Shown here one piece after another: positions 1-12,677 of a stretch of 64,000 nt of DNA. Position 1 is the stretch's first letter, and each line of letters begins with the position of its first letter. Below the pieces are notes generated by a model. That model worked only from the letters and a program-made list of their open reading frames with translations, did no database searches and was not told the DNA's origin. The stretch spans positions 207,824,001 through 207,888,000 of the forward strand of contig OX597815.1 in assembly GCA_951406725.2 (NCBI GenBank), written 5' to 3'. This DNA is from Octopus vulgaris (Eukaryota). The position numbers were made by a program, and so were the translations under genes.

Positions 1-304
1 GTTCCTTAATTCATTCATTAGGTTTTTATTTAACTTATTATGTTTCCATTTTCATCCTCTCACGTCACAAACACACACAGACTGTTGCTGGGTGAGAAAC
101 CAAAACCTCTTCTAATTATTGTAAATGCGAGATTTCAATAATTTTATGAATGCTGGCATGCTTGAATAGTTAACAGGTTTGCTTCCCAAACACATAGTTA
201 TGAGTTCAGTCCCACTCTACTGTGTTATGGGCAACTATTTCCCTTGGTTGACCAAAGCCTTGAGAATAGATTTGGTAGACAGAAACTGAAAGAAGCTTGA
301 GGAA

Positions 305-770
305 GGGCAGTGAGCAGGCAGAATTGTTTGCACACAATGTAAAATGCTTCGGGGCATTTTGTCTGTATTTATATTCCAAGTAAAAATTTTACTGAGGTTG
401 ACTTTGCTTTGTTGACTTTCATCCTTTTGGGGTTGATAAAGTAAGTACCTGTTTCTTTACTACCCACAAGGGGCTAAACACAGAGAGGACAAACAAGGAC
501 AGACAAACGGATTAAGTCGATTATATCGGCCCCAGTGCGGAACTGGTACTTAATTTATCGACCCTGAAAGGATGAAAGGCAAAGTCGACCTCGGCGGAAT
601 TTGAACTCAGAACGTAACGGCGGACGAAATACGGCTACGCATTTCGCCCGACGTGCTAACATTTCTGCCAGCTTGCCGCCTTAAAGTAAGTACCAGTTGA
701 GCACTGGTGATTGATGTAAACAACTTAACCCCTCTTTGAAATTGCTGGCCTTGTACCAGAATTTGAAACC
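305..770 (+). mobile_element. Old tRNA-derived SINE (family B) interrupted by a younger antisense copy
   Basis: Decayed head and core (ctttcatccttttggggttgataaagtaagtacc) resumes at 695 with the tail gaaattgctggccttgtaccagaatttgaaacc. Confidence 0.75.
450..681 (-). mobile_element. SINE family B, full length, 13-bp TSD
   Basis: B-box-like GAGTTCAAATTCC, core gcctttcatcctttcagggtcgataaattaagtaccag; TSD TAAAGTAAGTACC at 437-449 and 682-694. Other family B copies near 1147-1370, 4353-4571, 33550-33755, 36063-36296, 39056-39289, 40658-41105 and 50387-50619. Confidence 0.9.
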
Positions 771-1496
771 AATATCTTATTTAGGAAGAGCAATACAAAT
801 AACTTGGTGTAAAAACTCAATATTCATATGCTTCAAGAAACAAAAAAAAAAAACGTTAGTCAAGTATAGAGTGTAATAAGAGATTATATAAATAACAAGG
901 GAACAAGAAATTATATAATGACCTTCATTAGCTTACAGCCGTTTCTGCTATAAGAGATAATGCACGCTTAGTTTAGTGCTTGTGTATCACCTTAAACATG
1001 TATATGTATGTATGTGTCTGTGTGTATTTGTTTGTTTCTTCTTGTGACATCATGAAATAGTTGTAAATGAATGTTGCTGTCACACAAGGGGGTGTACTTT
1101 ATATCAACCTTTTGTAAAAAAACTGGCTAGACATGGGGAAATATTGGTTTCAAATTTTGGCACCAGACCAGCAATTTCAGGAGAGAGAGAGAGAGGATAA
1201 GTCGATTAGACCGACCCCAGTGCTCAGCTGATACTCATTTTATTGACCCCAAAATGGATGAAAGGCAAAGTTGACCCCAGTGGCATTTGAACTCAGAACA
1301 TAAAGCCAGACAAAATGTCCCTAGGCATTTCGTCCAGTGTGCTAATGATCCTGAACTGCTTGATGCCTTGCCATGAGGAAATATTACTTTGCTTGGAAAC
1401 AGGTGCATATTGGCAAGAAGAAGGGTGTCCAACCATAGAAAATCTGTTGCGATGAATTCCATCTGACCCATACAAGCATGGTAAAAGTAGGTATGT

Positions 1497-2008
1497 TAGT
1501 TAGTTAGTTAATTTTTTGGCTCAAAAAGCAAGAAGCAAGGCCATGTAGGGGGACATGGAGTTAAGTACAGGGTGGTGTTCATGTAAAGAGTTCAGGCCAC
1601 TTGAGGTCAAGGGAGACTTTGAACAAAGCGGTCGTCGGCATCTTCACCATCTCGTCTGGCAGCTTGTTCCACGGATCCGCAACCCGGACGGAGAAAGCTC
1701 CTCTCCTTCGATTGAGATAAAATCGTCGCAGATAGAGCTTTTCGGAATGACCCCGCAGCCGACGCTCTGGAGCAGGAGTGAAGAACAGCTCTTTCGAGAG
1801 GTTACACTTTCCGCTTATGATGTTGTGAGTGAGAATGAGATCACCACGGCGGCGGCGTTTTTCTAGAGAATAAAGGTCGAGCGTCTTCAGCCTTTCTTCA
1901 TAAGACAAATTCTTGAGACCATGAACCATGCGGGTAGCCAGCTTCTGGACTCTTTTGAGATGCTGTATGTCTTTGAGGAGATAAGGAGAAGAGGCTTGAA
2001 TCCCGTAT
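1497..2008 (-). mobile_element. CR1-clade LINE 3' fragment (ORF2 C-terminus, 3' UTR, (TAAC)n tail)
   Basis: RVQKLATRMVHGLKNLSYEERLKTLDLYSLEKRRRRGDLI...RGHSEKL...FSVRVADPWNKLP is the typical CR1 ORF2 C-terminus; short tandem tail at 1497-1510; near-identical copy at 33852-34204. Confidence 0.92.
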
Positions 2009-3280
2009 TAAAACAATGATGATGATGATGTCATGATGATGGTGGTGGTGGTGGTGGTGGTGGTGGTGGTGATGACTGTGAACAAATTCTCTAATGTAGT
2101 GGCTTAGATTGTTGAAATGACTGTACATTACAATAATGATGTTAGTCAGTTCCAGGAAAACCTTAACTAAGCCTGGGATATCTGATAATTACGTTAATTA
2201 AGCAAGGGGGGGGGATATCTGCTGATTGCATTATCTGATGTGACATGTCTTGTTTTAAAACATATAAAATAAGATTTGAGAGAGAGATTTGGCAGCTATT
2301 TTTAGCAGGTAGAGCAATCTTGTAGCAGTTTCCTTATTGGCTCATAACACATTATAATTGTTTTTATAGGGCCATTAGATTTGTTTGTAGTATTTTGGAA
2401 CATATTCTGAAATAAATGTGTAATGGCAATTCTTGCCAAGCACTTGCGTAATCACTAAAAGAAGGCTATAAATAGGAGCTGATTATTTTCATCGCAACAT
2501 TACAGAATATTGTTGTTGAAATTTTCAAACAGATTAAATGTACAACAAAATAGCTTGATACATATGTCTTATTGTGATAATTAAAAGAAATTTTTGAGGT
2601 ATATTTTGACATTTTCATTTCAGATAAACTTAGATAAATTTACATTTTTTTTTTTTTTTTATTATCCTCAAAACATTATCTGTACAGAGAAGTATAGAGT
2701 TAGTAAGAAAATAAAAATAAAAGGAAATAAAATTCTATAGAAGGTTTTAAACAAATGCATGTCAATAAGAAAAAAAAAAATTAAGAGGGAAAACAAACAA
2801 AAAGATCAAAAGCAAAAGGAAACGAAGAAAAAAAGAGAAGGAAAAGGAGCGAATAAAACGGAACAGAGAAAAACAGGTGGAAAAAACAAAAAGTTACAAA
2901 TCTATGAGTGAAAAATATCAGTGTTGAATATAGCGGTTTATTTGTCATATTACATCTAAATGAATATTCTCATAAATCTCTTCTGAGACTGTCAGATTGA
3001 ATATCTTAACACAATCTGAAAAATAAAAGTGCCAAATAAACTAATCTGGTAAAAACATATCGCAATTCATCGAGCATGTACAGGTTATAAATGGACTTGT
3101 TTTTGAAAGCATCTTGAATAAAATATATTTTCATTCCTCCTTTTCATTTCATATTCCTAGTTTGTTGTTAAGACAAGCTATTAGCATGTTTTCGTGTCTT
3201 GTTCGAAAAGCAAAAGGTCAGCTGTTATCGAGCAGTTCTGTGGTGGCTCAGAAGTAAGAAGAGGCAGGGAATATTAGATA

Positions 3281-3483
3281 TACTCTTTTACTTGTTTCAG
3301 TCATTTGACTGCGGCCATGCTGGAGCACCGCCTTTAGTCGAGAAAATCGACCCCGGGACTTGTTCTTTGTAAGCCCAGTACTTATTCTATCGGTCTCTTT
3401 TGCCGAACCGCTAAGTGACGGGGACGTAAACACACCAGCATCGGTTGTCAAGCAATGCTAGGGGGACAAACACATACACACAA

Positions 3484-3542
<59 letters not shown>

Positions 3543-3707
3543 TACGACAGGCTTCTTTCAGTTTCCGTCTACCAAATCCACTCACAAGGCTTTGGTCGGC
3601 CCGGGGCTATAGCAGAAGACACTTGCCCAAGGTGCCACGCAGTGGGACTGAACCCGGAACCATGTGGTTGGTTAGCAAGCAACTTACCACACAGTCACTC
3701 CTGCGCC

Positions 3708-3709
<2 letters not shown>
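3281..3709 (-). mobile_element. tRNA-derived SINE family A (~430 bp, internal (TA/TG)n, (TAAAAGAG)n tail)
   Basis: A-box-like TGACTGTGTGG (TGGCTGTGTGG in other copies) and B-box-like GGTTCAGTCCC on the minus strand; more than 10 similar copies in the window. Confidence 0.92.
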
Positions 3710-3742
<33 letters not shown>

Positions 3743-4696
3743 CTTGCCTTAGACTCTCAACTGAACACGTTGTTGTAAGAGCACTTTTTTCTTATTGAAT
3801 CACGAAGAGAAAATTCATGCTTAGAATTGTCAGCTACAGCTTATTTAATCAATTACACCTGCTGAATCTACATTCTACTTTCTACAGGGACTTTTAAATT
3901 TAATATATTAGGATATTGCTGCCAGGTAAGAATAATAAATATTTATTTAATGGAAAATTGGCAATTATATTAACAAGCCACCTCACTTTAGAGACGGATG
4001 CGGTTCCTTTAGCATGTGACTAGTTGTTTTTAAGTAGCTTCAGTCAGCTCCGTTCAAGCAGAAACGTGGCATGGAGCTATTCCAGAGGTTTATCACTACA
4101 TACGTAATAGACCTTAATTTCTGCTGAGGTCACACGGCACACTTCTTTTAATAAGATATGATTAGGATGATGTTTGGGATAGTAGAATCCAATGATTTTG
4201 AGATTGCTAAGGCAAAAGATGCTGGTGGAAACTTATCTCTGAAACAATACTGCATGCTTTAATAATATAACATAATAATATAATATAATATAATATAATA
4301 TAATATAATATAATATAATATAATATAATATAATATAATATAATATAATATGTTAAGGCAGCGAGTTTGGCAGAAATGTTAGCATGCCTGGCGAAATGCT
4401 TAACAGTATTTCGTCTGTCTTTACGTTCTGAGTTCAAATTCTGCCAAGGTCAACTTTGCCTTTCATCCTTTCAGGGTCAGTAAATTAAGTACCAGTTGCA
4501 TACTGGAGTCGATCTAATCGACTGGCCCCGTCCCCCAAAATTTCAGGCCTTCTGCCTGGAGTAGAAAAGAATATAACACTATGTTTAAAAATAGTGTGTA
4601 CACCAGTGTACAAAATTAATAGCCACAGTGATATTCATAAACTGAACAAGGAATATACACATGGTGACCCCTTGCAAATAGTTTGTACAAGGGAGA

Positions 4697-5106
4697 TACT
4701 CTCTTTTTACTCTTTTACTTGTTTCAGTCATTTGACTGCGGCCATGCTGGAGTACCGCCTTTAATCGAGCAACTCGACCCTGGGACTTATTCTTTTGTAA
4801 GCCCAGTACTTATTTTATCGGTCTCTTTTGCCGAACCACTAAGTAACGGGGACATAAACACACCAGCATCGGTTGTCAAGCAATGCTAGGGAGACAAATA
4901 CAGACACACAAACACACACACGCATATATATATACATATATACGACGGGCTTCTTTCAGTTTCCATTTACTAAATCCACTCACAAGGCTTTGGTCGGCCT
5001 GAGGCTATAGTAGAAGACACTTGCCCAAGGTGCCATGCAGTGGGACTGAACCCGGAACCATGTGGTTGGTAAACAAGCTACCTACCACACAGCCACTCCT
5101 GTGCCT
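4697..5106 (-). mobile_element. SINE family A
   Basis: Colinear with 3281-3709. Confidence 0.9.
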
Positions 5107-5639
5107 AATCACTTTTTAAAATAATTTTTGGTGGGATTGGAAGTTTGAATCAGAAATGAAGAAACGAAGAAGAAGAAACATAGAATATACATATTTCAAA
5201 TGTTTTGTTGCTTACTTATAAGGAAATTTTTTAAATTTCTAGAATATTTATGTTACAAGGCATGAATATTTATAAACAGGGCATGAATCAGGATCTTATC
5301 TAAAGATGATTTTGGGTCTGGAAGAAGCAGCATCCCTAGCTTCAACAGGCCAACTGAGACTGATTTCATTACTGCTACGAATGTTATACTTAATGTTGGA
5401 AGTTGATACCTTCAAGAAAGGCATGATCAGGATGGAGATTTAGTAGATCAATATTCTGTGAAAGAAGAACTGGATGTAGTTATCTGTGTTGGGCTTATGG
5501 GACTGGGCACAACATGGGTGATAAATAAACCAACAATACTTGAAGGGAGTGGTTTGAAACTAGTCAACTTTAAGGAAGTGGGTAGTAAATGAACTTATTT
5601 GAATATTAAGCCTATTTTTCAAATTATTTACTCTGCTTG

Positions 5640-6030
5640 CAAAGACCTGTTGAGGCAAGGGAAATCTAAATCGCTCAAAAATCAATGGAAATTGTAGTTG
5701 TGATACCAGTGCCGATGGCATGTAAAAGAACCATCCGAACGTGGCTGTTGCCAGTGCCACCATGGCTGTCCTCCGTGCTGGTGGCACATAAAAAGAACCA
5801 ACCGATTGTGGCCGTTGTCAGCCTCGCCTGGCACCTGTGCTGGTGGCACGTAAAAAGCACCCACTACACTCACGGAGTGGTTGGCGTTAGGAAGGGCATC
5901 CAGCTGTTGAAACTCTGCCAGATCTGACTGGGCCTGGTGCAGCCTTCTGGCTTCCCAGACCCCAGTTGAACCGTCCAACCCATGCTAGCATGGAAAGCGG
6001 ATGCTAAACGATGATGATGATGATGATGAT
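5640..6030 (+). mobile_element. RTEX-like LINE 3' UTR fragment with (GAT)n tail
   Basis: ggttggcgttaggaagggcatccagc...catgctagcatggaaagcggatgctaaacgatgatgat; related 3' UTR is attached to the ORF at 58583-59400. Other copies near 10741, 22706, 28920, 33095, 42227, 47650 and 55485. Confidence 0.85.
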
Positions 6031-6769
6031 AAATGTGTATTTCTTTATTGTGTAGATTTTACTTTCATTTTAATGGCGAAAGTAACAGGCTGTTGTTTTT
6101 GTTTAGCTACAGGTCAGCCCTCATCATTTAGGCCTATGGTTAAATATGATCCAGCCATGAAGATCCCATCTTTTGCTCAGATATAGTGCATCAAAACTAC
6201 ATTATCTAATGAATCCATCCTGTTTCAAAAGATTGTAATATAATGGAGAGATAGAGAGAGTTTTTACCAGAATTTCTGAGACTAGGATCAGGTGTGGCTG
6301 TGTGGTAAGAAGTTTGGTTCCTAATCATATAGTTTTGGGTTCTGCTCCACTGCATCGCACCTGGGGCAAGAATCTTCTGCTATAGCCCCAGGCTGAATAA
6401 AACCTTGTGAGAGGATTTGGTTGACAGAAACTACCGGCCTGTCAAATGTGTGTGTGTGTGTACGCGTGTGTGTGTGAGTTGTGTGAGTGAGTGTGTGAGT
6501 GAGTGTACATTCTATCGGTTTCTTTTGCCCAACTGCTATGTTACAAGGACGTAAACACACCAACACTGGTTGTCAAGCAGTGGTTGGGGACAAACACGCA
6601 CACACACACACACACATATGACAGGCTTCTTTTCAGGTTCAATCTACCAAATCCATTCACATGACTTTGGTTGACCTGAGGCTATAATAGAAGACACTTG
6701 CCCAAGGTGCAGAATGAACCCAGAACCATGTGGTTGGGAAGCAAGCTTCTTACCACAGCAACCCCTGCA

Positions 6770-6812
<43 letters not shown>

Positions 6813-7293
6813 GTCTTCCACACAGTTTTTCTCTTATAAATTCATCCACAAGGTATTCTTTGTTGGCCCAGGGCTATAGAAGGAAACATTCACCCAAGGT
6901 GCTGTACAGTGGGACTGAACCTGAAACCACGTGGTTACAATACAAGCTTCTGCATAAGTTTTATGTTTGATAAAATACAACCTTTTTTATTCCTAACTAT
7001 CAGAATCTAAACCGTTACCTCTTTCTTTACACAATTAATTCTCTATATGGTTTGAAGATAATTTAAAATTACTCTTTCACATCACTAGTTTTAGTAAACG
7101 ACCAAAGTATCTAAAACTAATCTGAAAATATAGGATGCATTTCAATGGAATAAAACATATTTATTGCATTTACAGTATTTTAAGCTTGGTTGAGCTCAAC
7201 AGCCAAAGGCAAAATGATTGTTATGGATATCATAGGTAAGCGACTGAGTAAATAACAGAATGTGAATTTGCAGTTGTATGTATGTATGTATGT

Positions 7294-7331
<38 letters not shown>

Positions 7332-7490
7332 TGTAAGTTTGTTTATGGGAAGCATTTTCAATATATATTTAAAAGTTCCTATTCTATTATGCTGGCATGA
7401 GACTAATGATATACCAACTGGTGAAACCACTGAATTGTGCTGATATAATGTAGGATAAATATAGTAATAATAATAATAATAATAATAATA

Positions 7491-7639
7491 TATTTTTTTT
7501 TTTAGATATCCACCAGTACAACACAAAGAACAACCAAATATATGGCATAACAACAATTTGAACTTCCAACCTGTTGTCTCTTGAGGTCTCCGAGTGAGAC
7601 TTGAAGCCAACTTGTACAAATATAAAGCAAAAGTCAAAC

Positions 7640-7642
<3 letters not shown>
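7491..7642 (+). mobile_element. Probable LINE 3' UTR stub inserted in (AAT)n (R4/Dong-like behaviour)
   Basis: Unique ~150 bp flanked on both sides by (AAT)n; family assignment is inference. Confidence 0.45.
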
Positions 7643-7687
<45 letters not shown>

Positions 7688-7749
7688 TAATAATCTTTGG
7701 ATGGAATTTATAAATATTTTGATGCATCGCAACGTGTATTATATATATA

Positions 7750-8150
7750 TAGGCGTAGGAGTGGCTGTGTGGTAAGTAGCTTGCTTACGAACCACATGGT
7801 TCCGGGTTCAGTCCCACTGTGTGGCACCTTGGGCAAGTGTCTTTTACTATAGCCTCGGGCCAACCAAAGCCTTGTGGGTGGATTTGGTAGACGGAAACTG
7901 AAAGAAGCCCGTCGTTTATATGTGTATATATATATAAATATGTATGTGTGTGTGTTTGTGTTTGTCCCCCTAGCATTGCTTGACAACCAATGCTGGTGTG
8001 TTTATGTCCCCGTCACTTAGCGGTTCGGCAAAAGAGACCGATAGAATAAGTACTGGGCTTACAAAGAATAAGTCCCAGGGTTGAGTTGCTCGACTAAAGG
8101 TGGTGCTCCAGCATGGCCGCAATCAAATGACTGAAACAAGTAAAGAAATA
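7750..8150 (+). mobile_element. SINE family A
   Basis: Full head-to-tail copy on the plus strand. Confidence 0.9.
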
Positions 8151-8301
8151 GTAAAGAAATATGAGCATACCACAATGTGTCCTCTCTCTCTCTCACACTA
8201 ACACTCGATATTTTCCCCTTCCTTCTCTGTCTCCTCCTTGTCTATCTCTTCCTTGTCCCTCTCCTCCATCTCTGTCTCCCTTACCTCAACCTTATTCCTT
8301 C

Positions 8302-8499
8302 TGTTATTCTTACAGTTGCCATCATCTCACGATAAATCTGCTTCTTTTCAATTCGGGGTACTTTCTTTCACTTTACAAAGGTACAAGGTACCTCTGATAA
8401 TGCTGGTGCCACAAAAAGCATTCAATACATGCTAAATGTTTGGTAATTGACCAGAGCAGAGAACAACATAGGGTTTAAAAAAAGCTCTTTAGTTTTGCT
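8302..8499 (+). repeat. 198-bp direct duplication, copy 1
   Basis: Matches 9928-10125 with about 6 substitutions. Confidence 0.9.
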
Positions 8500-8547
8500 G
8501 ATGGAAAGGCAACCTCTATGGTGCTGGTGCCATGAAAAACGAGCCTA

Positions 8548-9296
8548 ATCATCATCATCATTATCGTTTAACGCCCGTTTTCCATGCTAGCATGGGTTGG
8601 ATGATTTGACTGAGGTTTGGCAAACCAGATGGCTGCACCAGACTCCAATCTGATCTGGCAGAATTTCTGCAGCTGGATGCCCTTCCTAACACCAACCGCT
8701 CCGAGAGTGTAGTGGGTGCTTTTATGTGCCACTAGCACGAGGGCCAATCAGGCAGTACTGGCAATGGCCATGTTCAAATGGTGCCTTTTATGTTTCACCT
8801 GCACAGGAGCCAATCCAGTGGCACTGGCAACGACCTCGCTCGAATATTTTTTTACATGCCACCAGCACAAGTGCCAGTAAGGCGACACTGGTAACGATCA
8901 TGCTTCAATTGTTTTTTACATGCCACCGGCACAGAGGCCAACTTGTTGCTTTGGCAACGATCATGCTTGTATGGTACTCTTCATCATCATTGTTTGACCG
9001 TGGTCGAGACAATGGAATTTACCATGCTACGCCAGACTCCACGGTCCATCATGGCATTACGGAGGTCCTGTTGCTGGATGCCTGTATCCCTGGAGATTAC
9101 ATCAGGGTAGGACAGTGTGTGCCCTCTGGTATTGCGAGTAGATGGCTTCCAGAGGAGAAGAGTAGAAATTACCTCTTTTTCAGCTCTACAACAATGTCCA
9201 GCAAACTGGACTCTCTTACCTTTCACAAGAGATGACACAGGTGGTACTCTTAGCATTCCACAAGCACGGATGCCTGTCATCGAATTTGATTTTGAT
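8548..9296 (-). mobile_element. RTEX-like 3' UTR hosting a nested RTE fragment
   Basis: (CAT)n at 8548, internal ~60-bp repeats, interrupted at 8982-9241. Confidence 0.8.
8982..9241 (-). mobile_element. RTE-clade LINE 3' end, 10-bp TSD
   Basis: RVQFAGHCCRAEKEVISTLLLWKP...DTG...AMMDRGVWR, short (GAT)n tail; TSD TGGTACTCTT at 8972-8981 and 9242-9251. Confidence 0.88.
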
Positions 9297-9686
9297 TAGT
9301 ACAAAGTAGGGTATCCAACCATAGAAACTACATCAAAAATGAAATGCTGGAAGAAAGAGATTGTCTACTGAACTGTTGAATCTTGTTGAATCATCCTACT
9401 TATGCCAGCATTGAAAGCTGATGTAAAATGATGAGGGCGATCATGATGAAGATGATGCATCACGTTTGTTTTGTTCACTGCTCTCACAATACTCCCTCAC
9501 TGCTTCCTTACTTTTTACACCATTTTCTCTCATTGCCCTTTCCCCCACAGCTTCTCTCCTCCTTGCTACCTCAACACCTCTTCTCATCTTCTCCCTCATC
9601 CTTTGGCCACCCCTTCACAACCCTCACACTTATCTTTCTTCAAAAAAATTATCTCCAGATTCTTCTTCACCCTAATCTATTGCTCG

Positions 9687-9920
9687 TGGAGGTGCATGGT
9701 TTAATGGTTAAGGTGTTGGACTCATGATCACAAGATTGAGGTTTCAATCTCTGGACCGGGTAACGCATTGTATTCTTGAGCAAAACACTTCATTTCACAT
9801 TGCTCCAGTCCACTCAGCTGGCAAAAATTAGTTATCCTGCAGTGGACTGGCATTCTGTCCAGGTGGTGAATTTATATACCATGGAAAACCAGGTAACCAG
9901 CCCTTGAGAAGGTAACTTCT
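9687..9920 (+). mobile_element. tRNA-derived SINE family D (V-domain-like core)
   Basis: Head gtggaggtgcatggtttaatggttaagg, core cctgcagtggactggcattctgtccagg; relatives at 19320-19560 and 27420-27684. Confidence 0.7.
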
Positions 9921-9927
9921 TAAATCA

Positions 9928-10125
9928 TGTTATTCTTACAGTTGCCATCATCTCACAATAAATCTGCTTCTTTTCAATTCGGGGTACTTTCTTTCACTTT
10001 GCAAACGTACAAGGTACCTCCGATAATGCTGGTGCCACAAAAAGCATTCAATACATGCTAAATGTTTAGTAATTGACCAGAGCAGAGAACAACACAGGGT
10101 TTAAAAAAAGCTCTTTAGTTTTGCT
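9928..10125 (+). repeat. 198-bp direct duplication, copy 2
   Basis: See 8302-8499. Confidence 0.9.
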
Positions 10126-10274
10126 ATGGCTCCCTTCCTGTCCATTTCCATTCAGACCTTCTATCCATACTCACCCTTATAATATAGGGTAGCTCTGGAA
10201 TTCCCTGTACCCCACCCTACTTAAATCAACCTTTATCGCCTCTTCACTGTTTTCTCTTTTTCTCAGTAACCCCT

Positions 10275-10645
10275 CTCTTTTACTCTCTTTTACTTGTTTC
10301 AGTCATTTGACTGCGGCCATGCTGGAGCACCGCCTTTTAGTCAAGCAAATCGACCCCGGGACTTATTCTTTGTAAGCCCAGTACTTATTCTATCGGTCTC
10401 TTTTTGCCGAACCGCTAAGTGACGGGGGACATAAACACACCAGCATACAAACATACACACACATACATATATATATATACATATATCCGACAGGCTTCTT
10501 TCAGTTTCCGTCTACCAAATCCACTCACAAGGCATTGGTCGGCCCGAGGCTAGAGTAGAAGACACTTGCCCAAGATGCCATGTGATGGGACTGAACCCAG
10601 AACCATGTGGTTGGTAAGCAAGCTACTTACCACACATCCACTCCT
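10275..10645 (-). mobile_element. SINE family A (small internal deletion)
   Basis: Colinear with other copies. Confidence 0.88.
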
Positions 10646-11260
10646 GGTTAATAATCCCTTCTTGTTCCTCTTTCCCTGCCATATTTATTGACCTCTAATG
10701 GTTGACTACTCTACTCTTCAGTTACTGCCTTCCCTACAAATCATCATCATCATCAACATCATTGGTTAACGTCTGTTTTCCATGCTAGCATGGGTTGGAC
10801 GGTTCAACTGGGGTCTGGGAAGCCAGGAGGCTGCACCAGGCTCCAGTCTGATCTGGCAATGTTTCTACAGCTGGATGCCCTTCCTAACACCAACGACTCC
10901 GTGAGTGTAGTGGGTGCTTTTCATATGCCACCGGCATAGGGGCCAGAGGAGGCTGGCAAATGGCCATGATCGGTTGGTGCTTTTACGTGTCACCGACACA
11001 GACGCCAGTTAGGTGGCGCTGGCATCTGCCACGTTTGGACAGTGCTTTTAACGTGTCACTGGCACGAGTATCTTAACTACAATTTCCATTTGATTTTCAT
11101 TTTGATGTTGATGTTAACGTACTTATAAATCTGTTTCTGTCATCTTATCCTCCATCACCCACCCCCTAGAACCATTGCACATTCTGTCTTCTATTTCATC
11201 TCGGTTATAGGGTTTACATTATGTCCCTAGCCTTGCAAGGCTATATTCACTAGGGCTGGT

Positions 11261-11540
11261 TGTGGGATGACGTCAGCAGCTGGGTGAGTTGACCGGAAGT
11301 TGGGGCTGAGCGGAAGGAGGAAGCCGGCAGGCGCACACAGGCAGCGGTGAATTCGGCCTTTCCAACGTGAGTCGTCGAGGTGTCAAGACGTGTGAAGACA
11401 TCGCTAAGGTTTGGGTGCAGCAGCTGCTATCTTTAGTGTTCGGGTCGGGGCTGTGTCGAAGGATTAGTTACCACTGAAGGGTCTCCATCACGAGGAAGAG
11501 AAGGTAGGTGCCTTTATATTCAAATCGCACACACACCACA
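11261..11540. mobile_element. Solo LTR, 280 bp
   Basis: TGTGG...CCACA inverted termini; 5-bp TSD CTGGT at 11256-11260 and 11541-11545; GC/CpG-rich relative to the flanks. Confidence 0.85.
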
Positions 11541-12404
11541 CTGGTGTCAGGCAATAAAACACCCACTATGCTCTGTAAAGTGGTTGGCATTACGAAGAAC
11601 ATCCAGTCATAAAAGCCATACCAAAGTAAACACTGGAGCACGGAAGCAGTCCTTTAACTCATTAGTTTCTGCTTGAACTGGCCAATCCAAGCCAGTTTGG
11701 AAGATGGATTTTAAATGGTGATAATGATGATGATGGTGGTGGTGGTGGTAGTGATGTTGGTTACTGGTTACATCAGGCATTTTTTTTTTTATAGCATTAG
11801 AACTTATAAACTGTTAATGACAGCTTGTATAAAAACTAATAAATAAATAAATAAATAATAAAATAAAATAAAATAAAATAAAATAAAATAAAATAAAATA
11901 AAATGAAATAAAAAAAAACAAAGCAAAACGAAAAACTATTTGAATTGGAAAATGTAAGTGTAATAAGATTATTACGAGAAGCTTTTTTGATTATCTTTAC
12001 TGATGCATTCAGTCTCAAAGAGACGTGAAACCTCATTTAAAAGGATATATCTCTCATTTATTCTTTTGCTTCAGTAAATTATCTCTTCATATACTTAAGG
12101 GCATGTTACAACATCCAGTGTGTGAACCAAGCTTCACTTTATTCGCTACTTATTTTTACACACCAACTCCTCATTTTAGACCAAAAAAAAAAAAAAAAAA
12201 AGAAAAAGAAAAAAAAGGAAAAGAAGAAATGTGCTAGCATCATTCATTCATTCATTCTTTCATTCATTCATAAACCCAATAAGTATTTTCATACTATGAA
12301 AGTAAAGCTTATATTTTGTATTATCTCTTATATAGATTCAATCTTTGGCTGATTTTTTTTGCCATTACTTTATATGTTATCGTACGAGTGTATCTTACAA
12401 TATA

Positions 12405-12435
<31 letters not shown>

Positions 12436-12502
12436 AAAGAAACTTATTTAAATTTTTTTTCTGGCTAATGGTTTCACCAAAGAAAACCAGCAGACAAAAT
12501 AG

Positions 12503-12554
<52 letters not shown>

Positions 12555-12639
12555 AAAAAAAAGTAAAAGCATTATTTCAAGTCAGCCTGAATCTTAGACT
12601 TGCTGGCAACCAATCATTTAGGTTCAGTTTGTAGATTAC

Positions 12640-12677
12640 CGTTCTAAAGAGTTTTCCATCAATTTTTCAAGAAACAA
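12640..12677 (-). CDS. Candidate exon 3 of an unidentified gene (LFLEKLMENSLE-R)
   Basis: Acceptor tgtttctttcatcag, donor CG|gtaatc, 38 nt, phase 0 to 2, open frame compatible with the previous exon. Confidence 0.55.

Noticed and set aside
5290-5520. LINE endonuclease remnant
   Set aside because: Only faint motif resemblance (TATNVIL); too decayed to call.
7750-7830. tRNA genes
   Set aside because: The A/B-box segments are SINE heads continuing into SINE bodies; no clean cloverleaf.
8302-10125. Paired LTRs
   Set aside because: No CA end, TSD, PBS or PPT, and the interior is unrelated SINE/LINE debris.
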